From positions 1 to 62,671 of the forward strand of contig JAFGKA010000039.1 in NCBI GenBank assembly GCA_016928855.1: a DNA stretch of 62,671 nt, in the 5' to 3' direction. Under the pieces are notes generated by a model. The model made no database searches and was not told the DNA's origin. It saw nothing but the letters and a program-made list of their open reading frames with translations. The stretch comes from Phycisphaerae bacterium (GTDB lineage Bacteria > Planctomycetota > Phycisphaerae > UBA1845 > PWPN01). Below, in pieces: positions 9,105 through 18,717 of this stretch; position 1 is the first letter of the stretch; every line of letters begins with the position of its first letter. A program made the translations under genes and the position numbers.

Positions 9105-10124
9105 TCAATCGAAATGCGACATCCAGGCAATCAGATTCGACATAGCCTGCAGCTTTTCGTCGTCGCCGCGGTGTTGGCTGCAGTCGGTTGTGCAGGGCCA
9201 CCTCGCAAGCCGGCTGTACCGCTCGAATTGCAGGACAGGGCGGTCATCAGCGGCCTGTCGCTTGTCGAGCTTGTCCGGCGAAGACAGTTTGACGACGTCA
9301 TCGAACAGCGTGCCCAGCGGTTCACCCTCGCCACGCTCGATGAGATCGTCCATCAGCATGATTTCCCGCATCACCTCGTTCGTTTCCGGATCGTCGTTGC
9401 TTTGCAGGGAGCGATCCAGATCGCGTGCCTGGGCGTCAAACGAGCGCTGAAGCTCGTCGTCGATGAGCCCATACGCGTTGTCACAGTCCTCGGGGCTGCC
9501 GCCCATCTCGTCAAACGGGGTTTCGTCACGAATTTCCACCTCGTCGTCGTCGTGCAACCGAAGTGAAGTGATGCTCAAACCGCCGTCGGTGTCATTCTGG
9601 GCATCGGGCCCGTCGGTCGGCTCGGCATCTGGGTCCTCCTGGCCAGGAGGCGGCTCCGGATCGCTTCCGACAAACTCGATGACTGGATCGACGAGTTCAA
9701 AGACGGCCCGGCCGTTCTGGCTGAACCACTCGAGGAAGAGGCATGGCTTCCACGTCAGCGGCGGCGGCTCGCCTTCCTTGTTGCGGGCGAACCATTCGCT
9801 GAGCGGGCAGTCAGGGTCTCGGACCTTTCGCTTCGCGGTCATGACGCCCGTCGGGCCCACCTGTTGCCACGCCAGCCCGGCCAGCTTCATGATGCGCTCG
9901 ATCTGCTCGCGTTCGCTCTCGCAGGGCTCAGATGATTCGTCGTCCGGCCACGGCTGCACTTCGAAACGAATATGCCGGCCAGCCAGGTCCGGCGAGCAGT
10001 TGCCGGTCAGTTGCAGTGAGATTGGTCGGTCGACGCCACGGAGCTTCAGCCAGCCACACACGGAATTCTTGCGTGTGTTCACCAGTTCGCCGCACGTCAC
10101 CCATTCGTTGAGCCGCAAAGCCAT
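9105..10124 (-). CDS. Hypothetical protein with a strongly acidic central and C-terminal region
   Basis: 339-aa ORF with GC-rich third positions. No family recognised. Convergent with the OMP gene. Confidence 0.5.
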   Translation of the reverse strand: MALRLNEWVTCGELVNTRKNSVCGWLKLRGVDRPISLQLTGNCSPDLAGRHIRFEVQPWPDDESSEPCESEREQIERIMKLAGLAWQQVGPTGVMTAKRKVRDPDCPLSEWFARNKEGEPPPLTWKPCLFLEWFSQNGRAVFELVDPVIEFVGSDPEPPPGQEDPDAEPTDGPDAQNDTDGGLSITSLRLHDDDEVEIRDETPFDEMGGSPEDCDNAYGLIDDELQRSFDAQARDLDRSLQSNDDPETNEVMREIMLMDDLIERGEGEPLGTLFDDVVKLSSPDKLDKRQAADDRPVLQFERYSRLARWPCTTDCSQHRGDDEKLQAMSNLIAWMSHFD

Positions 10125-10615
10125 CGGTTGCGTCCTCCTCTTTCAACTGCACGACGTGCCACCTGGCGCATCGCGGGACCGCGACATGTTACCGAATCGT
10201 CACCAAAATGTCATCTGTCATCGCCGACCGGCCACACAGTGCAGCAACTGTTCCGAGGCAGACGCATGTCGCGCTTAGATCGGCGTCGAGCATGACTCAG
10301 CTTGGCGGACGAGTCGAAGCTCAGCCACTAGCGTGTTGCGCGTGCGAACGCCGCGACACGGTGCGACAGACCGCAATGAAACGCGAAGCTTGCGAAAGAT
10401 GCGAAACCGCGCTAAGGTCGTGCGAGGAACGGACTTCTGCGGTTACGGCACCGGTTGGAGAATGCGTTTCCCGGGCTGGATCCCGAGCGTCACGATAGAT
10501 TCTGCCGGCCTGACGAGCTGGACGTCACTGGCGCTAGCCACGCGCGCTCCTGCGTCTTCTGAGTGCGGAGGCAAGGTATCTGCCGACACATGTGGAGTTA
10601 CGCTGATGCTGTCCG

Positions 10616-11287
10616 TCACAGAACTCCGAACTCATTGAACACGTCCCGCAGACTGCGCCCTTCGAGCAACTCGCGACGCGACGCATTCTCCTTTCCGATC
10701 TTCTCGGCAGCCCGCTGCAACACCTCATCTTCGACGGCTTGGGGGATGACAACGATGCCATCGAAGTCCGCGAACACGAGCTCGCCCGGCTGCACGAGAA
10801 CGTCGCCGCAGCGAATCGGAACGTCGTAGGCCATCACGCGGCCGCGCCCTTTGCTGTCAAGCGGCCGGATGCCGGCGTAGAACACCGGGAAACCGATGGC
10901 CATGATCTTGCGGCAGTCTCGGATCTGGCTGTCGCAGATACAACCGACGGCACCGTTGCGCTTGGCGACGGTGCTCATCAACTCGCCCCAGGGCGCGTTC
11001 GTACCGGCGGCGTCCGTCGAGTGCACGGCCACGTCGCCCGGCTGCAACGAATCCATCGCGTCGATTTCGAGGCCGTACGGGTCATTGTCGACGTAGTCCG
11101 TCTCCATCCAGCGGAGCGTCCGCGCGCGTCCGACGATGACGCAGTGGTCCGGATCGAGCGGCCGCAGCCGCTGATGCATAGCCTGCTGACGATATCCCAG
11201 TTCGTCAAGGATATCGCACACCGCCGGAACATAGAGGTTCTGTTGTATCCACGCCAGGCGTTTCGGGCCGTCTTCGGGGAGCATCAC
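10616..11287 (-). CDS. RraA-fold protein (class II 4-hydroxy-2-oxoacid aldolase / oxaloacetate decarboxylase family)
   Basis: 223 aa. VCDILDELGY ... GTNAPWGELMSTVAKRNGAVGCICDSQIRD ... GFPVFYAGIRP. Its start overlaps the RidA stop (ATGA at 11284-11287). Confidence 0.85.
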   Translation of the reverse strand: MMLPEDGPKRLAWIQQNLYVPAVCDILDELGYRQQAMHQRLRPLDPDHCVIVGRARTLRWMETDYVDNDPYGLEIDAMDSLQPGDVAVHSTDAAGTNAPWGELMSTVAKRNGAVGCICDSQIRDCRKIMAIGFPVFYAGIRPLDSKGRGRVMAYDVPIRCGDVLVQPGELVFADFDGIVVIPQAVEDEVLQRAAEKIGKENASRRELLEGRSLRDVFNEFGVL

Positions 11288-11712
11288 GTTTCCTCCACTC
11301 GCTGCTCGCCGGCATAGGCGATCAGCTCAACCTCGTATTTCACCAGGTCGCCCAGGCAGCCAATCAGCGTCGTCCGGGCCGGGTAGGGTTCACTGAAGAA
11401 CTCGCGATAAATACGATTGTGGGCATCCCAGTCTTCCTGCCGGGCGAGATAGCAGCGCACCTGAACGACATGCGAGAAGTCCAGGCCGGCCATGCCCAGC
11501 ACGCGAGCGACGTTCTGATACGTGCGGCGGGCCTCGTTTTCAAACGTGTCAGGCACGATCCGGCCCTGCTCGTCGGCCGAGGCCATGCCGGACAGGAACA
11601 CGAAGTCGCCGACCCGCACCGCCGGCGAAAACGGTAGCGACGTCGAGAATACCGCGGGATTGCGAATGAATTGAACGGCGTCGTCAAGCATGGTCACACT
11701 CGTTCCTGCCAT
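11284..11712 (-). CDS. RidA/YjgF/UK114 family enamine/imine deaminase
   Basis: 142 aa. FSPAVRVGDFVFLSGMAS ... PARTTLIGCLGDLVKYEVELIAYA. Confidence 0.9.
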   Translation of the reverse strand: MAGTSVTMLDDAVQFIRNPAVFSTSLPFSPAVRVGDFVFLSGMASADEQGRIVPDTFENEARRTYQNVARVLGMAGLDFSHVVQVRCYLARQEDWDAHNRIYREFFSEPYPARTTLIGCLGDLVKYEVELIAYAGEQRVEET

Positions 11713-11718
11713 CTTGCA

Positions 11719-13479
11719 TCACTCGTCGGTCTTCGCCGCGGGCCTATTGACGATCTTCTCGATCGCCGCGCGAAGCCACGCCTCGTTCTTCGGAAAGTCG
11801 GCGTAGGTCTTCAACTCTGCCAACAGCGGATCGTTCGGTTTGACCCCCGCACTCTGCAGCATCGCGTAGTCCTGAAGCGATTCGGCGAAGACCTCCCAGC
11901 GAATCGAATCCAGCGGACCGTCGGGACCGGGGTAGATCATGAACGGATCGCCGTAGGGAATACTCGGCCAACATGCGTTCGTCGCGTCGTTGAACGGATC
12001 GCCGATGACTTCCTGTTCCATTTTGTGCCAGTAGTTGAAACCCCAGTGCAGGAAGCCTTTGGCGCCGAGCTGGTAGAACAGCCAGCCCGACATGCGGATC
12101 TTCGGCAGCGGCGTGTCAAAGAAACGGTTCAGCCACGGCCCGTGCGGCGCGCAGCAGTAGTAGACCCAATGCGGGATCTTCTCGTCGATATAAGCCTGGG
12201 CGGCGCTGACGATCGGGATCGGAATATCCGTCAGGTCTTGTCTGCCGTACTCGATGTCGCTCAGGGCGTCCATGACCTTCATCCACGGCGCCAGCTCGCG
12301 CAGGATCTCGCGTGCCCGGTGGTAGTTCGTGACATGCTGGCCGCTGCCCGGCTCGTCGGACAGGTGGAAATAGGACGTTTCCAGCAGGCCCTCGGTCTTG
12401 AGGAACGTATGGAATTCGGGCAGAAACTGGCGCAGGAAGTTCAGGAACGTCTCCGAAAAGCCGCTGATGTCCGGCGGCCAGAGCATGACGTACTCCTCGC
12501 CGACCTTCTTGTAGATGCGCTCGGGGTTCTCGACGCCCCAGTAGATCCACAGGTGCGACCATTCGAACTGGCGGAATCCGATCTCCTTGCACATGTCCGT
12601 GAACTGCTTCACGCGTGACCAGTCGAAGACGTACTTTCCCGGCTCGGGCTCATCGATGATCAGGAGCTGGCAGGGCCGCTTGAACGTCTCGCGGCGGTCG
12701 AAGAAGATCGGGACGTAGACCACGTCCGAACCGTGGGCAAGCATGTTCGTCAACTGGTCCTTCGTCAGCTTCCACCAACGCTCGTCGAACATGCCGGTCT
12801 TGTAGTAGTCCCACGTCGCCTCACCCCGCCACCAGTGAATGACCGGGAAGTCGCGTCGCGGCTGCAAGACCAGTCGGCCGACCTTCAGCGTCACCGGCAT
12901 TTCGAGCTGCTGCTTTCCGTCGTGGAGACTCAGCCGCACCGTGAACGTGCGCAGCCCCGGCTTCGCATCGGCCGGGATATTGAGTGTGATCCAGAACGAG
13001 CGGCTCTCGTACGGCCCGATGTTGACCTTGGGCAACGGCCACAGCGGATCGGGCACGAGCCCGGGAATGTGCCCGACGCCGTCCAGCTCGCTCGGTTCCG
13101 TGTCCGTCGTGAAATGGTGCATCGGCACGAGGCCGACGAAGCGCACCTGGGGTTTGAGATCGTCGGCGCCCTCGATCGTGCATTCGGCCACCAGCGGCCA
13201 GATGCGGTCGTTGCGGAAACCGACCTGGAACGCCGTCCTGCTGTTGCGTGCGGCCAGAAGCTCCAGTCGCGCCGCTCCGGGCTCGCTGCGCGGGAAGACG
13301 CGTTGAAGGGAACTCGCCAGCCAGGCGCTCACGCACGAGCCGGCCGGCCCGTCCTGCCGGATGATAACCGGCTCGTTCGCACCCGATGCACGAACGATCT
13401 CCTGCGCGTGCGCTGCGGCCGCCGCCACGATCAGACACACACCGCCGACGAATCCACAGCCTGTGGTCCTGCGTTGCAT
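11719..13479 (-). CDS. Secreted DUF4091 (GH123-like) glycosidase-like protein
   Basis: 586 aa. Signal peptide ending AAAAHAQE, and GAKGFLHWGFNYWH, which is characteristic of DUF4091. Confidence 0.75.
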   Translation of the reverse strand: MQRRTTGCGFVGGVCLIVAAAAAHAQEIVRASGANEPVIIRQDGPAGSCVSAWLASSLQRVFPRSEPGAARLELLAARNSRTAFQVGFRNDRIWPLVAECTIEGADDLKPQVRFVGLVPMHHFTTDTEPSELDGVGHIPGLVPDPLWPLPKVNIGPYESRSFWITLNIPADAKPGLRTFTVRLSLHDGKQQLEMPVTLKVGRLVLQPRRDFPVIHWWRGEATWDYYKTGMFDERWWKLTKDQLTNMLAHGSDVVYVPIFFDRRETFKRPCQLLIIDEPEPGKYVFDWSRVKQFTDMCKEIGFRQFEWSHLWIYWGVENPERIYKKVGEEYVMLWPPDISGFSETFLNFLRQFLPEFHTFLKTEGLLETSYFHLSDEPGSGQHVTNYHRAREILRELAPWMKVMDALSDIEYGRQDLTDIPIPIVSAAQAYIDEKIPHWVYYCCAPHGPWLNRFFDTPLPKIRMSGWLFYQLGAKGFLHWGFNYWHKMEQEVIGDPFNDATNACWPSIPYGDPFMIYPGPDGPLDSIRWEVFAESLQDYAMLQSAGVKPNDPLLAELKTYADFPKNEAWLRAAIEKIVNRPAAKTDE

Positions 13480-13493
13480 GGTCTTCTCCTACA

Positions 13494-15884
13494 TCACTGG
13501 ATCTCAACTCTCATTGTTTCGCCCGGCTTCACTTCGTGCGGACGACCGTTGATCGTGACGGCACGAAGCGCGGGCAAGGGCGGCACGTGCAACCGTACGC
13601 GTGCCGGCGCGAATCGGAATCGCGACGTGAACGATACGTCAAGGCGGCGCCCTTCGTCGGCGAGCCGGAAGCGAAGGGTGACCGGGCCATACTCGGTCGG
13701 GAGCCGCTCGAAGACCGTTTCATGATCGGTCGTCAGCCACGCGAGCGGCACGAGGCGCAACAGGTGCAGGCTGTCCGGTTCGATCTGATCATCGATCACC
13801 GAAAGCCGCGCCGCTTCGATCGTCAACGGCAGCGAAAAGAGCGTTCCGCTGATCCCGCCACGATGCTCACAGCCGATGGACGTCTGGCGAGACACCGCAC
13901 CGGTCAGCAGACTGTAGAGCCCTTCCAGAAACCGCATGCGGTCGGCCGTCTGCCACGCGTGAAAGATGTTCCAGCTATAGCACGGCTCGCAACTCGACTG
14001 CTCGTGATGCAGAGTGATTGGCTGGTGCCACGGTCCCGCGAGATCGTAGCTGCGCGTGTTGGGGCCCTCGCGGAAATAGAGCAGGCTTGATCGCATCAGC
14101 TCGTCATCCGCGTCCATCAGGCCGGCGTAGACCGCAAAGAGAGGCCCGGTGTCGAGGTAGAACGGATGTCTGACGTCCCCGCCGCCGGGCAGGGCCGTAG
14201 GAACGAAGCGGTGATGCCGACCGTCGGTGCCCTCCCATTCCGGCATATGGTCCATGGCCTCTCGCATCGCGCGAACGAACGTTTCGCGATAATCGCGTGC
14301 TTCGCGTGCGAACTCGTCGGCACGCGGATGACCGATACGCTGAAGCAACCGAACGGACGTCGCGAGCCCCTTGTAGTTCCAGCCGTCGTTCCAGACCGCC
14401 TGCTCGCGCTGACCGGTATCCGTGGCGACCGCCGCGGGCAACAGGCCTTTGACACCGTCGTGTGCATCGCTGGCGCGGAAATCGCGGATGAACTCGCATG
14501 CGAGCAGAATCGGATCGGTCCACCGCTCGATGAATTCTTTGTCGTCGCTGACGAGCGCGTGCCGCGCCGCCGCATAGAGGACCGCACCATGGTCAGACAG
14601 CCAGTCGATTGACGTCAGGATCCGCGGCGTGGCCAGGTAGCCGGGATGCTGGCGATACGCGCCGCCCGGCGGGACGATCGTGCCCTGCTCCTGCCGGAAG
14701 ATCTCGAGGTATTTGTCGGCAACGCTGTGGTAGCCGAGACCATCCAGGATCATGGTAATGTTCATCGACGTCGGCGTGGCCCACAGCATCTCGTAATTCC
14801 ACGAGCCGGAGAGCAGGCTGTACCGGCCGGTCTCGGGATGACGCTCGGCAATGACCTCCGCGAACTTGGGGCTGTGCCGGCATGCCTCGTTGATCAGCCG
14901 CTCCGGCGTGTCCACGCGCGCGGCCGTCTCGGGAACTGCGGCCCAGAAGCGACCTGCTTCCGCCAGGGCGGCGTCACGGCCCAGGTTCAACTCCGTGACG
15001 GCGACGTCCCGCTCCGCGGGAACCAGCGGCACGAGGAGATCGACATACGCGTCCTTCGTAGGCGGAAACGACAAGTGCAGATATGCATCCGATTCGTCGG
15101 GACGCTCATCGATGAAGTGAACGCGGTAATTGGTCTTTGCAGCCACCGCCAGGCGGACATTGTGGGCCTCGTCCAGCAGCAGATACGTGTCGGATGCCGG
15201 CGTCTGGGCGAGCGGCTCGAGCCGCAACGCATGCGGGTATGCAGCCATCTGTGGTTGAGCGAGGAGATTCAAATTGCGATCCATGTTGAGGCGGATGTGC
15301 GGCTGGTTGATGCGAACGAGGAAGCCGTACTGCGGAGGAGAGTCGTCTGCCGCAACCTCCGCAACCGAAAGCCGCACCCACGCGAACAGCGGCTCGCTGG
15401 AATCCTGTATCGCTCCGCCACCGGGAACATGCGCGAAGATCTCCTGGCGAAGCGTGATCTTGTCCTGGCGCCATCGCGTCCAGAGCACGGGAACAGGGCC
15501 GTCGTTCCAGCCCTGGTCACCCACGCCGCCATCGCGGTTGCGCAACTGGTACGGCTGGGTTGTGGTTGGCCGGGGAGGGACACCGTCGGACGACGGGATG
15601 AACGTCAACTGCACACCCTGGCCGCGAGCGGGCCAGCGCACCGGAGCTGCCATGAGCGTACCGTCATAGATCACATTGAACCGGAGCGGATTATCCTTCC
15701 AGCCGATTGGCGTCCACACATTCTCGAATTCCGGCCACCAACCGGCGGCAATATCGGCATTCGGCTCGGCCCGTGCGATGCTCTTGCCCGACACACGATC
15801 CACTTCCTGCGCATGTGCCGTGGTTGCGGCCATGGCTAAGCACAGACCGCGTATAAGACCACGAATCATTGCTTGGGGCTGCAT
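13494..15884 (-). CDS. Secreted large protein, six-hairpin (alpha/alpha)6 glycosidase-like, family unknown
   Basis: 796 aa. Signal peptide LCLAMAATTAHAQEV. The helical-repeat region WNYEMLWATPTSMNITMILDGLGYHSVADKYLEIFRQEQG looks like a glycoside-hydrolase barrel. No family assigned. Confidence 0.65.
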   Translation of the reverse strand: MQPQAMIRGLIRGLCLAMAATTAHAQEVDRVSGKSIARAEPNADIAAGWWPEFENVWTPIGWKDNPLRFNVIYDGTLMAAPVRWPARGQGVQLTFIPSSDGVPPRPTTTQPYQLRNRDGGVGDQGWNDGPVPVLWTRWRQDKITLRQEIFAHVPGGGAIQDSSEPLFAWVRLSVAEVAADDSPPQYGFLVRINQPHIRLNMDRNLNLLAQPQMAAYPHALRLEPLAQTPASDTYLLLDEAHNVRLAVAAKTNYRVHFIDERPDESDAYLHLSFPPTKDAYVDLLVPLVPAERDVAVTELNLGRDAALAEAGRFWAAVPETAARVDTPERLINEACRHSPKFAEVIAERHPETGRYSLLSGSWNYEMLWATPTSMNITMILDGLGYHSVADKYLEIFRQEQGTIVPPGGAYRQHPGYLATPRILTSIDWLSDHGAVLYAAARHALVSDDKEFIERWTDPILLACEFIRDFRASDAHDGVKGLLPAAVATDTGQREQAVWNDGWNYKGLATSVRLLQRIGHPRADEFAREARDYRETFVRAMREAMDHMPEWEGTDGRHHRFVPTALPGGGDVRHPFYLDTGPLFAVYAGLMDADDELMRSSLLYFREGPNTRSYDLAGPWHQPITLHHEQSSCEPCYSWNIFHAWQTADRMRFLEGLYSLLTGAVSRQTSIGCEHRGGISGTLFSLPLTIEAARLSVIDDQIEPDSLHLLRLVPLAWLTTDHETVFERLPTEYGPVTLRFRLADEGRRLDVSFTSRFRFAPARVRLHVPPLPALRAVTINGRPHEVKPGETMRVEIQ

Positions 15885-15920
15885 GGTCTTCTCCTTCGTT
15901 TCAGAATGTGGTCGATGACG

Positions 15921-18680
15921 TTACCGACCGGCATCACACCGCACCTCGAGATCCACCGGTGTGTGCAAGTCGGGCAGACGCAGCGTGTCGCCCGATACCT
16001 CGACGGCCACGCTCGGCGTTGCGGTTACTGACGCAATTGAACGCTTCTGCGGATGGCGCAGCCGCAGGCAGACCTCCATTGGCATCCGCCGCTGCGGCGG
16101 ATCGATGTGGATCCGCATCGTGTCGTCCGCCTCCGCATCAATCCGGTAGCTCATGTTCCCGAATTCCGTCGGCGCATCGTTGACGGCCACGTGCTTGCCC
16201 GGTGCGAGCCACGCACGCGGGATGCCCCGGCCGAGCCAAAGCGTGTCGTCCTGCTCGTGCAGCAGCATGTCCCGCACTAACCGGAGCTGGTCGGTGCACG
16301 AGTAGAGATGCGGCAGCGTGTAATGGTTGTGCCCTGTTCGGATGTTTGTGACCTCGACGGGCGAGTACGTGTCGCGCGTCATTCCGAACGCCAGGAACGA
16401 CCAGAACCCCAGCAGTGTCTTGCGCTCCTCGCCGCGTTTCATCGCTGTCGTGAGATAGCCATACGTGTAGGCGTGATCGATGCCCCGTTCGAACTCGCAC
16501 ACACCGGCGATGAGCCCGGCCCGCTTCTCTATGATGTCCATGAGCCTGTTCGCCCGCTTGTCGCGCGGCGGGAGAAAGCCCGTTCCCAGCAGCGGGCTGG
16601 CCACCAGCCCGTAATAGTCGCCGCCGGTGTACTTGCTGAGCTTGAGCAGCCGTTGCGTATCCGGCTCCATCGGCAGAATTGTCTGACCGTTGTCGGCAAA
16701 GGCCGCGGCATCCATCGAGTCGAGGATATCCTGGCGATACTTCGCAGCCTCGATCGCAAACGCGTCGGCCTGTTCGGCACCGATGTCCTTCAACGCGGCC
16801 CCAGAAAGCTCCAGGCCTCGCGCGCACCACACATTGCCCAGATAGTTGAACACCGGCTCGGCGTAATCGTTGTACGGCCGGAACTTGATCAGTCCGCGCG
16901 TCATACCGTCGGCCGGGCCGGCCGCGCGCTGGCGGACGAGCCACTCGCACTGCTTGATGATGCTCGGGCTCACGCGCTCCAGCCACGCGCGATCGCCGGT
17001 GAACTGGTACTGCCGGATCAAGCCAACAAGAAAGCCACCGGGATCGGTCAAGCCGCAGACCTGCGTGTACAGGCCGTCAGGTTGCTGAAAGTGAATCTGC
17101 GTATCCAGGACGCGCGCTGCATGGTCGTGCAAGCCGTACATGTTCATCGCCCACGTGTGCAGCGAGACGCTGTTGCCGAACATCTGCTCATAGAAGCCGG
17201 CGCCGTCATGCGGCTCGACGTAGCCGTCGATCGTGTCGCAGTTCAACAGCGAATAGACGATCCACGCCCGGTAAGCCTCCATCACACGGCGATCGGGCAT
17301 GTCGAACCGCTCCGCGGGCGCGAGTACGTTCCGCCAGAACGCCGCCGTCTCGACCAGCTTCGCTTCAAACGCATCGGCAGTGATCTCGCTGGCCGTCTCC
17401 GGCTGGGGATGCTTGAATCGCACGCACCACCGCGCGGAGCCGTCTCTTGCCTTGGCCGGCCATACATGCCGCGTTTCGCCGCTGCCCCAGGCCAGCGCAA
17501 GCTGTTCAGGCACGCGGCCACCGCGCGACCGCGCGGTCAGGCGGGCGTAGGCATACAGGTCCGTGTCGACACGAAACCCCTCGGATATGGCGAAGACCAT
17601 CAGTTCGTAATCAACGTCGTCACGGCTTGTGCTCAGTATCACCACCGGCAGATAGCCCGCCAGCAAGCGGCGGGTGATCGTGGCGGTCAGGCCGGGGACG
17701 AGGTGCGTCGCAGAGCGGTCCCAGGTGAAATAAGCACCGTTTCCACCCCCGAACGGCACGGGCGGATCGCCGATCTCGAACCACGCGGTCGGCGCTCCCC
17801 AGGGCGTCACGTCCAGCCGCCCAAGGCAGTCCACGCCGAGGTCCAGCGGATGCACCGGCACGCCGACGACTTCGCGCGGCGACTTCATCGGCGGATAATG
17901 GCCGGCGATCGCTTCGAACGTCGGATCGTCGTCGTTCTGCGTCAGGACCGCGTTGACCGGCTCACCCGGCGGTCGCCGCACCGCCTCGCGTTCGGCCTCG
18001 GTCAGTGTCAACACGGCGGGCGGCGTTGCCTCGATGCGCAGATCACCCACGAGACCGCTGACCTTGACGCCAGGCACATCGGCAGGGCCGCGAAACGGCT
18101 TGTGGTCGGCACCGTAGTACTTCCCGACCGCGACGCGCTTCGGCGCGCCGGCGAACGTCGTCGGCCGTTCGATCGTGCGCATGTCGATCCACTTCTCGCC
18201 GTCATGGGATTGAAGGCGAACGTGATCCTGGCCTAGTACGATGCGCACGCGGTGGGCGCAGCCGAAATCGACGCCGCGATCATCGACCTCACGAGCCTTG
18301 CCCCCAACCACGTCGATGCTGTAGAACCGGCCGAATGGCGTCGGCGAAAGCATCCCGACCCCGCACCAGTTGTCGGCATCCCACACGAGATACACGGCGC
18401 CCCATCGTACGACGGTCGCAGAGAGCGTGATGTTGTCTATGCCCAGTTGGCGTTCGATATGCCCAACGCCGTCCAGCGGCCCCTCGACGGCCAGCCAACC
18501 GTCCGTGACCTTGACGGAAGCCTCAGGCGACGCCTTGGGCGACCACGCCGCATCCAGCGTCTCCGAGGCGAAGCGTTCATGCAGCGGAAGCGCCACGTTC
18601 CCGTTGGCTACGGTTGCCGGAACCATTCCCACGCACACGGCCAGCAGCACGAGCCGTTGCAGGCCATTCGTTGCCATCAC
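15921..18680 (-). CDS. Secreted large protein, N-terminal lectin/LamG-like domain plus six-hairpin glycosidase-like domain, family unknown
   Basis: 919 aa. Signal peptide LLAVCVGMVPATVANG. The core SVSLHTWAMNMYGLHDHAARVLDTQIHFQQPDGLY ... QYQFTGDRAWLERV appears distantly similar to the 796-aa neighbour (by eye). Confidence 0.65.
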   Translation of the reverse strand: MMATNGLQRLVLLAVCVGMVPATVANGNVALPLHERFASETLDAAWSPKASPEASVKVTDGWLAVEGPLDGVGHIERQLGIDNITLSATVVRWGAVYLVWDADNWCGVGMLSPTPFGRFYSIDVVGGKAREVDDRGVDFGCAHRVRIVLGQDHVRLQSHDGEKWIDMRTIERPTTFAGAPKRVAVGKYYGADHKPFRGPADVPGVKVSGLVGDLRIEATPPAVLTLTEAEREAVRRPPGEPVNAVLTQNDDDPTFEAIAGHYPPMKSPREVVGVPVHPLDLGVDCLGRLDVTPWGAPTAWFEIGDPPVPFGGGNGAYFTWDRSATHLVPGLTATITRRLLAGYLPVVILSTSRDDVDYELMVFAISEGFRVDTDLYAYARLTARSRGGRVPEQLALAWGSGETRHVWPAKARDGSARWCVRFKHPQPETASEITADAFEAKLVETAAFWRNVLAPAERFDMPDRRVMEAYRAWIVYSLLNCDTIDGYVEPHDGAGFYEQMFGNSVSLHTWAMNMYGLHDHAARVLDTQIHFQQPDGLYTQVCGLTDPGGFLVGLIRQYQFTGDRAWLERVSPSIIKQCEWLVRQRAAGPADGMTRGLIKFRPYNDYAEPVFNYLGNVWCARGLELSGAALKDIGAEQADAFAIEAAKYRQDILDSMDAAAFADNGQTILPMEPDTQRLLKLSKYTGGDYYGLVASPLLGTGFLPPRDKRANRLMDIIEKRAGLIAGVCEFERGIDHAYTYGYLTTAMKRGEERKTLLGFWSFLAFGMTRDTYSPVEVTNIRTGHNHYTLPHLYSCTDQLRLVRDMLLHEQDDTLWLGRGIPRAWLAPGKHVAVNDAPTEFGNMSYRIDAEADDTMRIHIDPPQRRMPMEVCLRLRHPQKRSIASVTATPSVAVEVSGDTLRLPDLHTPVDLEVRCDAGR

Positions 18681-18717
18681 GCACCACGCCTTTCAATACG
18701 GGTCCTCTCGTGAGCCG

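Noticed and set aside
16308-18236. Long antisense ORFs (for example 16308-18236, 31583-32953, 40822-42387, 50611-52290, 54495-55718, 59396-60766 and many 60-300-aa ORFs)
   Set aside because: These are typical shadow ORFs of GC-rich DNA. They are Arg/Pro/Gly/Ala-rich, have no motifs or signal peptides, and each is fully overlapped by an opposite-strand gene with clear family signatures.
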